A stretch of 35,071 nt of DNA from assembly GCA_002773475.1 (NCBI GenBank), contig PFBB01000014.1, forward strand, positions 25,129 to 60,199, given 5' to 3'. The stretch comes from Candidatus Harrisonbacteria bacterium CG10_big_fil_rev_8_21_14_0_10_44_23 (GTDB taxonomy: Bacteria > Patescibacteriota > Minisyncoccia > UBA6257 > 1-14-0-10-44-23). Below are positions 8,301 through 17,624 of the stretch, piece by piece. A model generated the notes under the pieces. That model was not told the origin of the DNA and ran no database searches. It was given only the letters and a program-made list of their open reading frames with translations. The translations under genes and the position numbers were made by a program. Each line of letters begins with the position of its first letter. Positions within the stretch are counted from its first letter, which is position 1.

Positions 8301-8305
8301 TAACC

Positions 8306-9313
8306 ATGTTTGTAAGAAAAATTGGCATAGATCTTGGAACCGCCAACACGATTGTTTATATCCCAACCAAGGGCTTTATTGTTAATGAGCCAACCATTGT
8401 TGCCCTCGGCGAACCGGGCAACGAAGTCTTAGCAGTCGGGCGAGAAGCAAAAAATATGATTGGCCGCACCCCTTACGACATCACTCCATACAGGCCGCTG
8501 AAAGACGGAGTCATTGCCGACTACTACATCACCAAAGCAATGCTTAAATATTTTATTTCTAGCGTCACTGGACCAATGAATATTTTCCGACCCGACATCG
8601 TTATCTCTGTTCCAGCCGGAATCACTCCAACCGAACGCCGCGCCGTTACCAATGCCACTAAAGAAGCGGGCGCACGAGAGGTGCACTTAGTTAAAGAGCC
8701 AATCCTTGCCGCTCTCGGAGCTGACATCCCCATCAATTCTCACTCCGGAAACATGATTATCAACATTGGTGGCGGTACTTCTGAAATCGCCGTTGTTTCA
8801 CTCGGTGGAATTGTTAGCTGGGCTTCACTTCGCGTCGCCGGCAACAAGTTTGATGAGGCCATCATGGACTATATAAAAAAGAAATACTCAGTCCACATTG
8901 GTGAGCAAACTGCCGAAAAAGTAAAAATAGAAATTGGCTCCGCCCTGCCCATGAAAGACAAGCTCTCTGCAAAGATCCGCGGCCGCGACATTACCTCCGG
9001 TCTTCCAAAAGACGTGGTAATCAACTCCAACGAAATAGCCGAAGCACTAAAACCATTACTTATGGACGTCGCCAACGCTGTTCAGGGAGTATTTAACGAA
9101 ACTCCGCCTGAGCTAGTTGCCGATATAATGGAGAAGGGGATTATCGTCTCCGGTGGAGGCGCCAATCTACGAAACATCGATGAGTTTTTCAAACGCATGA
9201 CCGGCGTGCAGACCTATCCAGCAGAAAACCCTCTTTTCTGTGTTGCTCGAGGTACTGGCCTTATCCTTGGCCACCTCGACACCTACAGACGCACCCTGCT
9301 CAATAAACGGTAA
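8306..9313 (+). CDS. mreB: MreB-family actin-like protein (stand-alone paralogue)
   Basis: IGIDLGTANT..., VISVPAGITPTERRAV and NIGGGTSEIAV are actin-fold phosphate/adenosine motifs typical of MreB. Length is 335 aa. Confidence 0.85.
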   Translation: MFVRKIGIDLGTANTIVYIPTKGFIVNEPTIVALGEPGNEVLAVGREAKNMIGRTPYDITPYRPLKDGVIADYYITKAMLKYFISSVTGPMNIFRPDIVISVPAGITPTERRAVTNATKEAGAREVHLVKEPILAALGADIPINSHSGNMIINIGGGTSEIAVVSLGGIVSWASLRVAGNKFDEAIMDYIKKKYSVHIGEQTAEKVKIEIGSALPMKDKLSAKIRGRDITSGLPKDVVINSNEIAEALKPLLMDVANAVQGVFNETPPELVADIMEKGIIVSGGGANLRNIDEFFKRMTGVQTYPAENPLFCVARGTGLILGHLDTYRRTLLNKR

Positions 9314-9346
9314 AAAATCTACAGCACTAAATTAATATCAGCCCCA

Positions 9347-10042
9347 ATGCAAAAAAAGTTCACGCAGCTGATAAAGGATAATAAGCTAAACCACGCTCAC
9401 ATATTTTATGGAGATGTTGATGGGGCATTAAAGTTTGCTCAAGGGCTTTGCGGATATCTTGAGAACGGCAACTGGCAGGCTCAACCAAAATCAGATTTTC
9501 GGTTTGTCGAATGTACGCAAAAATCTATCGGCGTGGATGAATCCCGCTTACTTAGCCACTTTCTATCTCTTACTCCCAGCGTATCTCAAAAAAGAAGCGC
9601 CGTTGTGTTTGGAGCTCACAGCTTAACCGCCCAAGCCCAAAACGCCTTATTAAAAATTGCCGAAGAACCACCTAAAAACGCCTTATTAATTCTCATCCTC
9701 TCTGATCCCAACGCCCTGCTCCCCACTCTTCGCTCCAGATTTCAACTTCATTTCTTTAACCCCCACAGCATTGTGGCAGTGGAGGCTGTAGAGGACATTA
9801 AAAAGGTTGCCAAACAAATCCTAACCCAAACCGGCAAGGTACGATCCGAAACAATCAAGGATTTTATAAAAAATGAGCTCCCTTGGGAGTCTCTAATCAA
9901 AGAGCTGATAACCCAGCTGGGGGAAAATAAAGAAAAAAATTATACCGCCCTTAAGGAGCTACTGCACCGCTGGGAATTAATGAACCAATTTAGCACTAAT
10001 CGCCGCCTGCAGTTAGAGGCAGCCCTGGAATCCGTCAAATAA
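9347..10042 (+). CDS. holB: DNA polymerase III delta-prime-like clamp-loader subunit (short form)
   Basis: HAHIFYGD, NALLKIAEEPP and LPTLRSRF match the HolB/DnaX-like AAA+ motifs (sensor-1 SRC-like region). At 231 aa it is shorter than typical HolB. Confidence 0.6.
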   Translation: MQKKFTQLIKDNKLNHAHIFYGDVDGALKFAQGLCGYLENGNWQAQPKSDFRFVECTQKSIGVDESRLLSHFLSLTPSVSQKRSAVVFGAHSLTAQAQNALLKIAEEPPKNALLILILSDPNALLPTLRSRFQLHFFNPHSIVAVEAVEDIKKVAKQILTQTGKVRSETIKDFIKNELPWESLIKELITQLGENKEKNYTALKELLHRWELMNQFSTNRRLQLEAALESVK

Positions 10043-10070
10043 ATAGCAAAATAAATGTTAAAATAAGTTT

Positions 10071-10622
10071 ATGCAAGAAACAATCAAAAAATTTAAAGAC
10101 GAGGCTCAGGTCCAGATTACAAATCTTAAAAAAGACTTAAGCGCAATTAGAACTAGCCGCCCCAATCCAGCGTTAATCGAGGATATTGAGGTGGATGTCT
10201 ATGGCCAGAAGATGACCATAAAACAAATTGGCTCGATCAGCATCGTTCCTCCTCGCGAACTAGTGATCACGCTTTGGGATGTCGGAAACGTCACTCAGGC
10301 AGCTAGGGGCCTCGAAGACACCAAAAAGGGGTTTAACCCTCAGGTTCGCGGCAACTCCATTCATATTAATTTGCCGCCTCTATCCCAAGAGCGCCGAGAC
10401 GAGCTAGGGAAGGTTGCTAAAAGTTCGGCCGAAAACATTCGCATCCAAGTCCGCTCTCACCGCGATCACGCCAACAAAGCCATCGACAAAGCTGAAGCCG
10501 ATAAAGCAATCAACGAAGATCAGAAATTCAAGTTCCGCGAAGAGGTTCAAAAAACTGTTGAGGATGCCAACAAAGAGATAGAACGCCTTGTTGATGGAAA
10601 AATCGCCGAACTCAACGAATAA
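10071..10622 (+). CDS. frr: Ribosome recycling factor
   Basis: The 183-aa product contains LSAIRTSRPNPALIEDIEVDVYGQ, LPPLSQERRDEL and NIRIQVRSHRDHANK, typical RRF blocks. Confidence 0.9.
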   Translation: MQETIKKFKDEAQVQITNLKKDLSAIRTSRPNPALIEDIEVDVYGQKMTIKQIGSISIVPPRELVITLWDVGNVTQAARGLEDTKKGFNPQVRGNSIHINLPPLSQERRDELGKVAKSSAENIRIQVRSHRDHANKAIDKAEADKAINEDQKFKFREEVQKTVEDANKEIERLVDGKIAELNE

Positions 10623-11635
10623 TGGGAATCTTAGTTTTAATTGTCAGCATAGTTTTACTTATTTTGCTCCACGAGCTGGGGCATTTTCTTGCTGCTAAAT
10701 CCTATGGGATGAAGGTGGAGGAGTTTGGCTTTGGCTTTCCCCCTAAGTTATTTTCTAAAAAGTGGGGAGAAACCGAGTATAGTTTTAACCTTTTTCCCCT
10801 TGGTGGCTTTGTCCGCATCTTGGGAGAAAATCAGCTCACCGGCCAAGTTTCTGCCGAAGAAAAACAGCGCTCTTTTTCCGACCGCCCCGCTCGCCAGCGC
10901 CTCGTTGTTCTTGCCGCGGGTGTAGCCGTAAACTTCCTTCTTGGCTGGCTCGCCCTAGCCACCGTTCTTATGGTTGGTGCTCCCCAGTCCATCCTAGTCA
11001 CCCAGGTGCTAGAAGACAGTCCCGCTCTTGAGGCCGGACTTCAGACCGGAGATCAGATTCAAGAATTCTCCAGTGCTACCTCCCTCATAGCACACCTGGA
11101 GCAAAACGCCGGCAAGACAGTGGAGCTTTCCGTTCTTCGAGATGGGCAAGAGAAAACCATCTCCCTTATCCCCAGCGCCCAAGAAGGGAAGATCGGTTCC
11201 GGGCTCAGCGAGGCCGGCCTAACCCAAAAAGGCTTCTTTGCCGCCCTTAAAGACGGCCTAGTCCTCTCTTTGCAGGTCATGGCCCAGATCATTAAGGTTC
11301 TTGGCCTATTGATCTTCTCCATCTTCACCGCCCAGGGAATTCCCGAAGGCATTGTTGGGCCGGTAGGAGTTTTCTCGGTTGCCTCTGATTTGAGCCAGCT
11401 AGGCTTTATCTATGTTATCCAGCTAGTGGGCATCATTTCCCTAAACTTGGCCATCTTAAACGCCATTCCTTTTCCGGCCCTAGATGGCGGCCGTTTCCTT
11501 TTTGTCTTAATTGAGAAGATCAAAGGTTCTAAGCTTTCTCCTAAATTTGAAATCATCGCTCACGCTACTGGCTTTGCCTTACTTTTGCTTCTGATGATCT
11601 TCATCACTGTTAGAGACGTGGTGCAGCTTTTCTAA
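10622..11635 (+). CDS. rseP: RIP site-2 metalloprotease (M50 family, RseP-like) with one PDZ domain
   Basis: It has the HELGHF zinc motif near the N-terminus and a central PDZ-like segment (SPALEAGLQTGDQI). The C-terminal NAIPFPALDGG motif is also present. The start overlaps the frr stop (TAATG). Confidence 0.85.
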   Translation: MGILVLIVSIVLLILLHELGHFLAAKSYGMKVEEFGFGFPPKLFSKKWGETEYSFNLFPLGGFVRILGENQLTGQVSAEEKQRSFSDRPARQRLVVLAAGVAVNFLLGWLALATVLMVGAPQSILVTQVLEDSPALEAGLQTGDQIQEFSSATSLIAHLEQNAGKTVELSVLRDGQEKTISLIPSAQEGKIGSGLSEAGLTQKGFFAALKDGLVLSLQVMAQIIKVLGLLIFSIFTAQGIPEGIVGPVGVFSVASDLSQLGFIYVIQLVGIISLNLAILNAIPFPALDGGRFLFVLIEKIKGSKLSPKFEIIAHATGFALLLLLMIFITVRDVVQLF

Positions 11636-11676
11636 ACCCTCTTTGCTTTTTCAGTTATTAGAGATAAGCTATAGCC

Positions 11677-12915
11677 ATGTACCAATCCAAGCTTTTCACT
11701 AAAACTCGCAAAGAAGCCCCCTCCGAAGAGGTGGCTAAAAATGCCAGCCTCCTTATCCGCGCTGGCTATATTCATAAGCAAATGTCTGGCGTTTATGAAT
11801 TTTTACCTCTCGGCCTCCGCGTGATAAACAAGATTTCCAACATTGTTCGAGAAGAAATGAACAAGATTGGTGGCTTAGAGCTTAAGATGACCGTACTGCA
11901 AGACAGTGAGCACTGGCAAAAGAGTGGGCGCTGGGACGACTCGGTAGTAGATAACTGGTTTAAGAGCAAGCTATCTTCTGGCGCGGAGGTTGGTCTAGCT
12001 AATACTCACGAAGAGGCCCTATCCTCACTTCTCAAGCAATATATCGATTCCTACAAAGACCTACCGATCTATCCTTATCAAATCCAAGTAAAGTTTCGTA
12101 ATGAGCTAAGAGCCAAGAGCGGCATTCTTCGAGGCCGCGAGTTTTTAATGAAAGACATGTATTCATTCTCTCGCAACCAAGAAGAGCACGACGCCTTTTA
12201 CGAAACCGCCAAAGAAGCATACAAGCGGGTTTTTACAAGAGCCGGGATTGGCGATCGCACCTTTCTCACCTTTGCCTCTGGCGGATCTTTCTCGAAGTTC
12301 TCGCATGAATTTCAAACCCTGACGGATTCTGGTGAAGACACAATCTATCTCGATAAAAAGAAAAAGCTCGCCATCAATAAAGAAGTCTACAACGACGAAG
12401 GACTTCAAGAGTCTGGTTTAAACAAGGACGACCTAGAAGAAGTGCGGGCAATTGAAGTTGGAAACATTTTCCCTCTCGGTACTAAATATGCAGAAGCGGT
12501 TGGACTAAAATTTAAAGACGAAAAAGGCCAGAGCCATACTCCAATTATGGGATCTTATGGGATCGGAGTTTCTCGATTGATGGGCGCGGTAGTTGAAGTG
12601 CTTGCCACCGACAAAGGATTGGTTTGGCCAGAAAACATCGCCCCATTTAAGGTGCATCTAATCTCACTTAAGCAAAATGAAGAGGCAGAAAAAATCTACC
12701 AACAACTCCAAGAAGCCGGAGTTGAGGTGCTCTACGATGACCGCGATCTATCTGCTGGAGAGAAATTTAATGATGCCGACCTAATCGGCCTACCCTACAG
12801 AGTTGTCATCAGTGAAAAGACCATCAAAGAAGGGAAGTTTGAATTAAAAAAACTTCAGGAAGATGAGGCTAATCTAGTCTCCGAGGCAGAAATCCTAAAA
12901 ATACTGACTTCCTAG
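11677..12915 (+). CDS. proS: Prolyl-tRNA synthetase, compact form without the bacterial INS editing insertion
   Basis: Class II motif 2 is present (FRNELRAKSGILRGREFLMKDMYSF), along with motif 3 (GSYGIGVSRLMGAV) and a C-terminal anticodon-binding domain. Length is 412 aa. Confidence 0.85.
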   Translation: MYQSKLFTKTRKEAPSEEVAKNASLLIRAGYIHKQMSGVYEFLPLGLRVINKISNIVREEMNKIGGLELKMTVLQDSEHWQKSGRWDDSVVDNWFKSKLSSGAEVGLANTHEEALSSLLKQYIDSYKDLPIYPYQIQVKFRNELRAKSGILRGREFLMKDMYSFSRNQEEHDAFYETAKEAYKRVFTRAGIGDRTFLTFASGGSFSKFSHEFQTLTDSGEDTIYLDKKKKLAINKEVYNDEGLQESGLNKDDLEEVRAIEVGNIFPLGTKYAEAVGLKFKDEKGQSHTPIMGSYGIGVSRLMGAVVEVLATDKGLVWPENIAPFKVHLISLKQNEEAEKIYQQLQEAGVEVLYDDRDLSAGEKFNDADLIGLPYRVVISEKTIKEGKFELKKLQEDEANLVSEAEILKILTS

Positions 12916-12933
12916 AGACCGCATAAACACTAG

Positions 12934-12969
12934 AGATAAATACTCCATACCCGTATGGAGTATTTATCT
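12934..12969. terminator. Perfect 17-bp inverted repeat hairpin after proS, with no clear T-tract
   Basis: AGATAAATACTCCATAC-cc-GTATGGAGTATTTATCT. It may be a terminator or processing site between proS and the mreBCD-mrdA cluster. Confidence 0.4.
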
Positions 12970-13017
12970 AAGCAAAACTCGACAGAAGGTAGGTATTTCT
13001 GCTAGGATATTGGCACT

Positions 13018-14064
13018 ATGAAATTCGGCGGATTCTTACGAAAAAATGTAGGTATCGACCTAGGAACGGCTAACACTCTAGTCTATGTTAGTGGCCGCGG
13101 AATTGTCGTTAACGAACCATCCTATGTCGCTTTAAATAACAAAACCGGAAAGGTTTTTGCCGTTGGAGAAGAGGCTAAAAAAATGACGGGCCGTACTCCG
13201 CAAAACATTTCCGTTGTTCGCCCTTTGGTTGGTGGAGTTATTTCTGATTTCGAGATGGCCCAAGAAATTATGCGTCACTTTTTAAAAAGAGTTGGAACGC
13301 AAAACATGCTTGGCTTTTTTCACTCTGCTGTAGTGGGTGTGCCCAACGAGTTAACCGAGGTTGAAAGAAAGTCAGTAGAAGACGCAATTGTTGGGGCCGG
13401 AGTAAACAAGGCCTACATTATCGAATCAGCCCTCGCCGCCGCCCTCGGAGCTCGTCTTCCGGTTCACGACCCAGTCGCCAACATGATTATCGACATTGGC
13501 GGCGGCACAACCGAAGTGGCAGTCATCTCGATGGGTGGCACAGTAACCGTTAAGAGCATCAAGGTTGCTGGAGACAAGTTCAACGAAGACATCATGAAGT
13601 ATATTCGGGAGGAATTTCACCTTGCAATCGGTGCGCCAACCGCCGAAGAGGTAAAAATCGAAATTGGGTCTGCCGTTGTCCAAGACGAGAAGTTGGAAAT
13701 GACCATTCGCGGTCGCGACCTAACCTCCGGACTTCCTAAAGAAGTAGTTATGAAGGATTCTCAGGTGCGCGCCGCTATCAGCAAATCTCTTAGCACCATC
13801 CTCGATGCAGTGCGCACCGTTATAGAGGTCTCGCCACCAGAATTAGTTGGCGATATTCTTCGCCAAGGAATTCACATCTGCGGCGGCGGCAGCCTACTTC
13901 GCGGCATCGATCAGCTAATCAGTAAGGAGCTAGACGTTGAGGTCCATATAGTTGAAGATCCCTTAACTTGCGTTGCTCGGGGGACTGGACTAGCAGTTGA
14001 AAACCTAGACAAATACAGCTACGTCTTAGACAATCCGCTTCGGCCCAAAGACATTAAGCTCTAG
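13018..14064 (+). CDS. mreB: Rod-shape-determining protein MreB (operon copy)
   Basis: VGIDLGTANTLVY, VVGVPNELTEVERKSV and DIGGGTTEVAVIS are present, and mreC/mreD/mrdA follow directly. Confidence 0.9.
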   Translation: MKFGGFLRKNVGIDLGTANTLVYVSGRGIVVNEPSYVALNNKTGKVFAVGEEAKKMTGRTPQNISVVRPLVGGVISDFEMAQEIMRHFLKRVGTQNMLGFFHSAVVGVPNELTEVERKSVEDAIVGAGVNKAYIIESALAAALGARLPVHDPVANMIIDIGGGTTEVAVISMGGTVTVKSIKVAGDKFNEDIMKYIREEFHLAIGAPTAEEVKIEIGSAVVQDEKLEMTIRGRDLTSGLPKEVVMKDSQVRAAISKSLSTILDAVRTVIEVSPPELVGDILRQGIHICGGGSLLRGIDQLISKELDVEVHIVEDPLTCVARGTGLAVENLDKYSYVLDNPLRPKDIKL

Positions 14065-14122
14065 ATAGTGTTGGTTCCAGCATTTCCCCAATAACTAATC
14101 ACTGCTCTCTGATAACTTAAAT

Positions 14123-14845
14123 ATGCTTTTTAGAAACCGCGCCATAATTATACTGGTTACTTTACTTCTGCTTTTTCTAGTTGGCCAGATCTTCTTCTTT
14201 CCCACCCTTCAACTTCGTGGGCGAGTTGGCCATGCACTCCAAGCTCCCGGTGTTTGGGTTAGGTCTTTTGTTTTGCGCGCTACCCTAGTAAGAAACATTG
14301 CCGCCCTGTCACATGAAAATCAGGGTCTCCACGCTCAAATCGTCCAACTGAAAAATCAACCAGAAATAATCGAGGGGGGAAACGATGCCTATCTTCACGC
14401 CCAGCTATTTTCTCAATATCCATTTAACAACACCTCAGAGGTTTCGGTTGCTGCCGGAGAAGAGCACGGTCTAGTTGGTGGCGAAAATATTTTAGCCGAA
14501 CCAGGGATATTTTTTGGAAAAATCATCGATCTAAAAAAGAAGAGCTCATCTATCCAAACCATCTTCAGCAGGGGACTAGAGCTTCCAGTAAAAATTGGCG
14601 ATGAGAGAGTCGATGGCCTTTTAGTCGGCTCCAACCAACCCCGGATTACCCTAATCTCAAAATCCAAAGCTATCCAGTCTGGGGACCGCATTTTACTTGC
14701 TAGCCCAGATTTCCCCTTCGGCCTGACCATCGGCTTCGTGGATTCTATCGAGGACAAGCACTCCGAGCTATTCCAAGAGGCCAGCATCAGCCTCCCTTAC
14801 AAAATTAACGATCTAAACGAGGTTTATATATTGCTAGATGAATAA
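14123..14845 (+). CDS. mreC: Rod-shape-determining protein MreC
   Basis: An N-terminal TM is followed by a coiled-coil (ENQGLHAQIVQLKNQ) and a beta-rich C-terminal region. It sits between mreB and mreD. Confidence 0.7.
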   Translation: MLFRNRAIIILVTLLLLFLVGQIFFFPTLQLRGRVGHALQAPGVWVRSFVLRATLVRNIAALSHENQGLHAQIVQLKNQPEIIEGGNDAYLHAQLFSQYPFNNTSEVSVAAGEEHGLVGGENILAEPGIFFGKIIDLKKKSSSIQTIFSRGLELPVKIGDERVDGLLVGSNQPRITLISKSKAIQSGDRILLASPDFPFGLTIGFVDSIEDKHSELFQEASISLPYKINDLNEVYILLDE

Positions 14846-15296
14846 GGTGAAGCCGTTATTTTTTTTAATCCTTTTTGTCGCCGTTCTTTTACTTGCCTCA
14901 CTTCAAAGAGCCCCCGGATTTTCTTTCTTTGGGATTGTGCCGGGACTGTTGATCGCTTTTCTCATTCCTCTCAGCTTCTTTATTGAAGATTTTTATCAAT
15001 ATTTCGCGCTAATTATTTTTGGATCCGCCCTAGCTCAGCCCCGCGCGGGCATCAATCTCATTTCATTTGTTATTTTGGGAACATTTTTAGTCAGCTGGTG
15101 GGTGAGGAGAAAGTTTCTAGTCCAATCCTTATATTCTAATTTTCTCGCCATAACCTTTGCTACCTTGCTGGTTTATCTATTTATCGCCCCTAGTTTTATA
15201 TTGAGCTGGGCATTCCTCCTCGAGCTTCTATATAATGAAGTTATCGCCACTGTTTTCTTCGGAATCTTTTGGCGCTATAAACATTTTCTAAGCTAG
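14838..15296 (+). CDS. mreD: Rod-shape-determining protein MreD (polytopic membrane protein)
   Basis: The 152-aa product is entirely hydrophobic helices. It overlaps the mreC stop by 8 nt and precedes PBP2. The call rests mainly on position. Confidence 0.6.
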   Translation: MNKVKPLFFLILFVAVLLLASLQRAPGFSFFGIVPGLLIAFLIPLSFFIEDFYQYFALIIFGSALAQPRAGINLISFVILGTFLVSWWVRRKFLVQSLYSNFLAITFATLLVYLFIAPSFILSWAFLLELLYNEVIATVFFGIFWRYKHFLS

Positions 15297-15298
15297 CG

Positions 15299-17152
15299 AT
15301 GAACCGATTTGATATTAACGACATCATCTCTGACGCCTCCGCGCAGAGCAATGACTACATAGAAAGGCCAATAACCGAAAGGGTGTTCTGGCTTTTTTCC
15401 TCATTGACGGTTCTAACTTGTCTAGCCGTATTCTCTCGTCTAGCTTTTTTAAATATCGCCAAAGCTGACATCTATCAAGAGCGTGCCCAAGGAAACGCTC
15501 ACCAAGAAATTAGTATTCCGGCACTCCGCGGGATTATTACCGATCGCTACGGAGAGCCAATCGCTAAAAACGCCGAAACCTTTTCAGTTTTCATCAACTT
15601 ATCCAAGGCCCTCCAAAATCCAGAGGTGCTCAATGACGACCTTGCTCGCATCGCCCAAACCCTAGAAATTGACCCAGGCGAATTGCGCCAAACAATCTAC
15701 AATAGCAACCTAGAAAAAAGTACTAGTCTCGCTATCGCTAGGAACGTTGATAGTGAGCAAGCAATTAAAATTCGCGGTCTAGGCATTGATGATATTGCAG
15801 TCATAAACGACTATCGCCGAGAGTATCCTTATCCCGAAGCTTTCGCTCACGTTATCGGCTACACTGGCCCAGCCGAAGAAGGTAATGAAATAGTGGGAAA
15901 GATTGGGCTGGAGGCAGTTTACGACAAGGAGCTTAGAGGCCGCGATGGCGCCTCGTATATATTTCGAGATGCATTTGGAAACGAGATAGACCAGAAGATC
16001 GCCAGAGACCCAATAGCGGGGGACACCATAAAAACCACCCTCGATGCAAAACTCCAGAATTATTTTTATGAAAGATTAAAGCAGGGGTTAAAAGATTTGG
16101 GTGTATATGCCGGAGTTGGCCTAGCCATTCAACCAGACACAGGTGAAGTGCTAGCCCTGATCAGTATGCCCAGCTTTGACAGCAATGTTTTTGTTGAGCC
16201 AAATCGTAGCGATGAAAGAGTAGACGTACTCTTAGATTCTCACCAACCGCTATTTAATCGAGCCGTTAGTGGCGCCTACAATCCAGCCTCAACCATCAAA
16301 CCCCTTGTGGCTTTAGCTGCCCTGAAAGAGAAGGTCGTGGATGACGTTTTTGGCATCGAATCTAAGGGCTATATCGAAATTCCCAACCCTTATTATCCAG
16401 ACAAACCAAGCCGATTTTTAGACTGGAAAGCTCATGGATGGGTAAATGTTCGTTCTGCCCTCGCACGGTCCTCTAACGTCTATTTTTACGCTGTTGGAGG
16501 GGGTTTTGAAGACCTGGTAGGTCTAGGAATAGATAGGCTAAGAAACTATTGGCAATACTTTGGTTTAGGCTCAACCACCGGCATCGATCTCAACGCGGAG
16601 GCAACTGGATTTTTGCCTAGTATTAAAGAAAAAGAAGATCGCACTGGCCAGCCTTGGCGAGTGGGAGACACCTACAATATCAGCATTGGACAAGGCAATC
16701 TTAGAGTCACCCCAATTCAGTTAATTCGCTTCATCGCCTCTATTGGCACCCGAGGTTTAATGTATCGTCCTTACGTAGCTAAAACCATCACCGATTCTTT
16801 GGGTGAGGTTGTTTTAGAAAATAATCCCGAAGTGGTGCTTAGCTACTCCGACTGGAAATTTGAGCTCGGCGAGGTGCGGGCTGGAATGGAGCAAGGGGTG
16901 ACTAAGGACTATGGCACATCCCACCTATTAAGCTATCTTCCTTTTAGCTCTGCTGGCAAAACCGGTAGTGCCCAAATCCAAAACAACACCAAGACTAATG
17001 CCTTCTTTGTCGGCTACGCCCCAGCAGAAAATCCAGAAATCGCAATCTTGGTATTAGTCGAAGACTCTCGAGAGGGGAGTTTAAACACCATCCCTATTGC
17101 CAAAGACGTCCTTGATTTCTATTACAAAGAAAGACTTCAATCAGGAAAGTGA
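15299..17152 (+). CDS. mrdA: Penicillin-binding protein 2 (class B transpeptidase)
   Basis: An N-terminal TM anchor and a PBP dimerisation region are followed by the active-site triad motifs STIKP (SxxK), SSN and KTGSA (KTG). Confidence 0.88.
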   Translation: MNRFDINDIISDASAQSNDYIERPITERVFWLFSSLTVLTCLAVFSRLAFLNIAKADIYQERAQGNAHQEISIPALRGIITDRYGEPIAKNAETFSVFINLSKALQNPEVLNDDLARIAQTLEIDPGELRQTIYNSNLEKSTSLAIARNVDSEQAIKIRGLGIDDIAVINDYRREYPYPEAFAHVIGYTGPAEEGNEIVGKIGLEAVYDKELRGRDGASYIFRDAFGNEIDQKIARDPIAGDTIKTTLDAKLQNYFYERLKQGLKDLGVYAGVGLAIQPDTGEVLALISMPSFDSNVFVEPNRSDERVDVLLDSHQPLFNRAVSGAYNPASTIKPLVALAALKEKVVDDVFGIESKGYIEIPNPYYPDKPSRFLDWKAHGWVNVRSALARSSNVYFYAVGGGFEDLVGLGIDRLRNYWQYFGLGSTTGIDLNAEATGFLPSIKEKEDRTGQPWRVGDTYNISIGQGNLRVTPIQLIRFIASIGTRGLMYRPYVAKTITDSLGEVVLENNPEVVLSYSDWKFELGEVRAGMEQGVTKDYGTSHLLSYLPFSSAGKTGSAQIQNNTKTNAFFVGYAPAENPEIAILVLVEDSREGSLNTIPIAKDVLDFYYKERLQSGK

Positions 17153-17607
17153 TTCAGAATATATTAACCATTTTAATGGGGGCCACCCCCGTGTTTGAAC
17201 TAAGGGGGGCCATCCCAGTTGCCCTCGCCGCTTTTTCCTTCTCTCTTCCAAGGGCGATTTATTTTTCCATCCTCGGCAACCTTCTCCCCGTTCCGATTCT
17301 TTTTATCTTCCTCCCAATGTTGAGCGATTATTTATCTGAAAAATTCTATCTAGCTAAAATTATTCTAAATAAAATATTCACTCAGGCCCGTTCGCGCCAC
17401 ACTAACAAATTTGATAATTGGGGCGCAGTCGTTTTATTCTTCCTTGTTGCCGTTCCCGTCCCTCTCACCGGGGCTTGGACCGCCAGCTTAGTAGCCATTC
17501 TTTTTAGAATTCCTCCCCGCAAATCAATCCCCGCGATCTTCTTTGGCTTACTAGTTTCTGCCGCAATCATTTCCGCTATATCGATCGGGATTATCGCACT
17601 GTTTTAG
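17149..17607 (+). CDS. Small multidrug-export-family (COG2426-like) membrane protein
   Basis: A GTG start overlaps the mrdA TGA stop. ELRGAIPVALA near the N-terminus and four TM helices resemble the Sm_multidrug_ex family, recalled from memory. Confidence 0.5.
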   Translation: MIQNILTILMGATPVFELRGAIPVALAAFSFSLPRAIYFSILGNLLPVPILFIFLPMLSDYLSEKFYLAKIILNKIFTQARSRHTNKFDNWGAVVLFFLVAVPVPLTGAWTASLVAILFRIPPRKSIPAIFFGLLVSAAIISAISIGIIALF

Positions 17608-17624
17608 TGGTATCATATTAAAAT

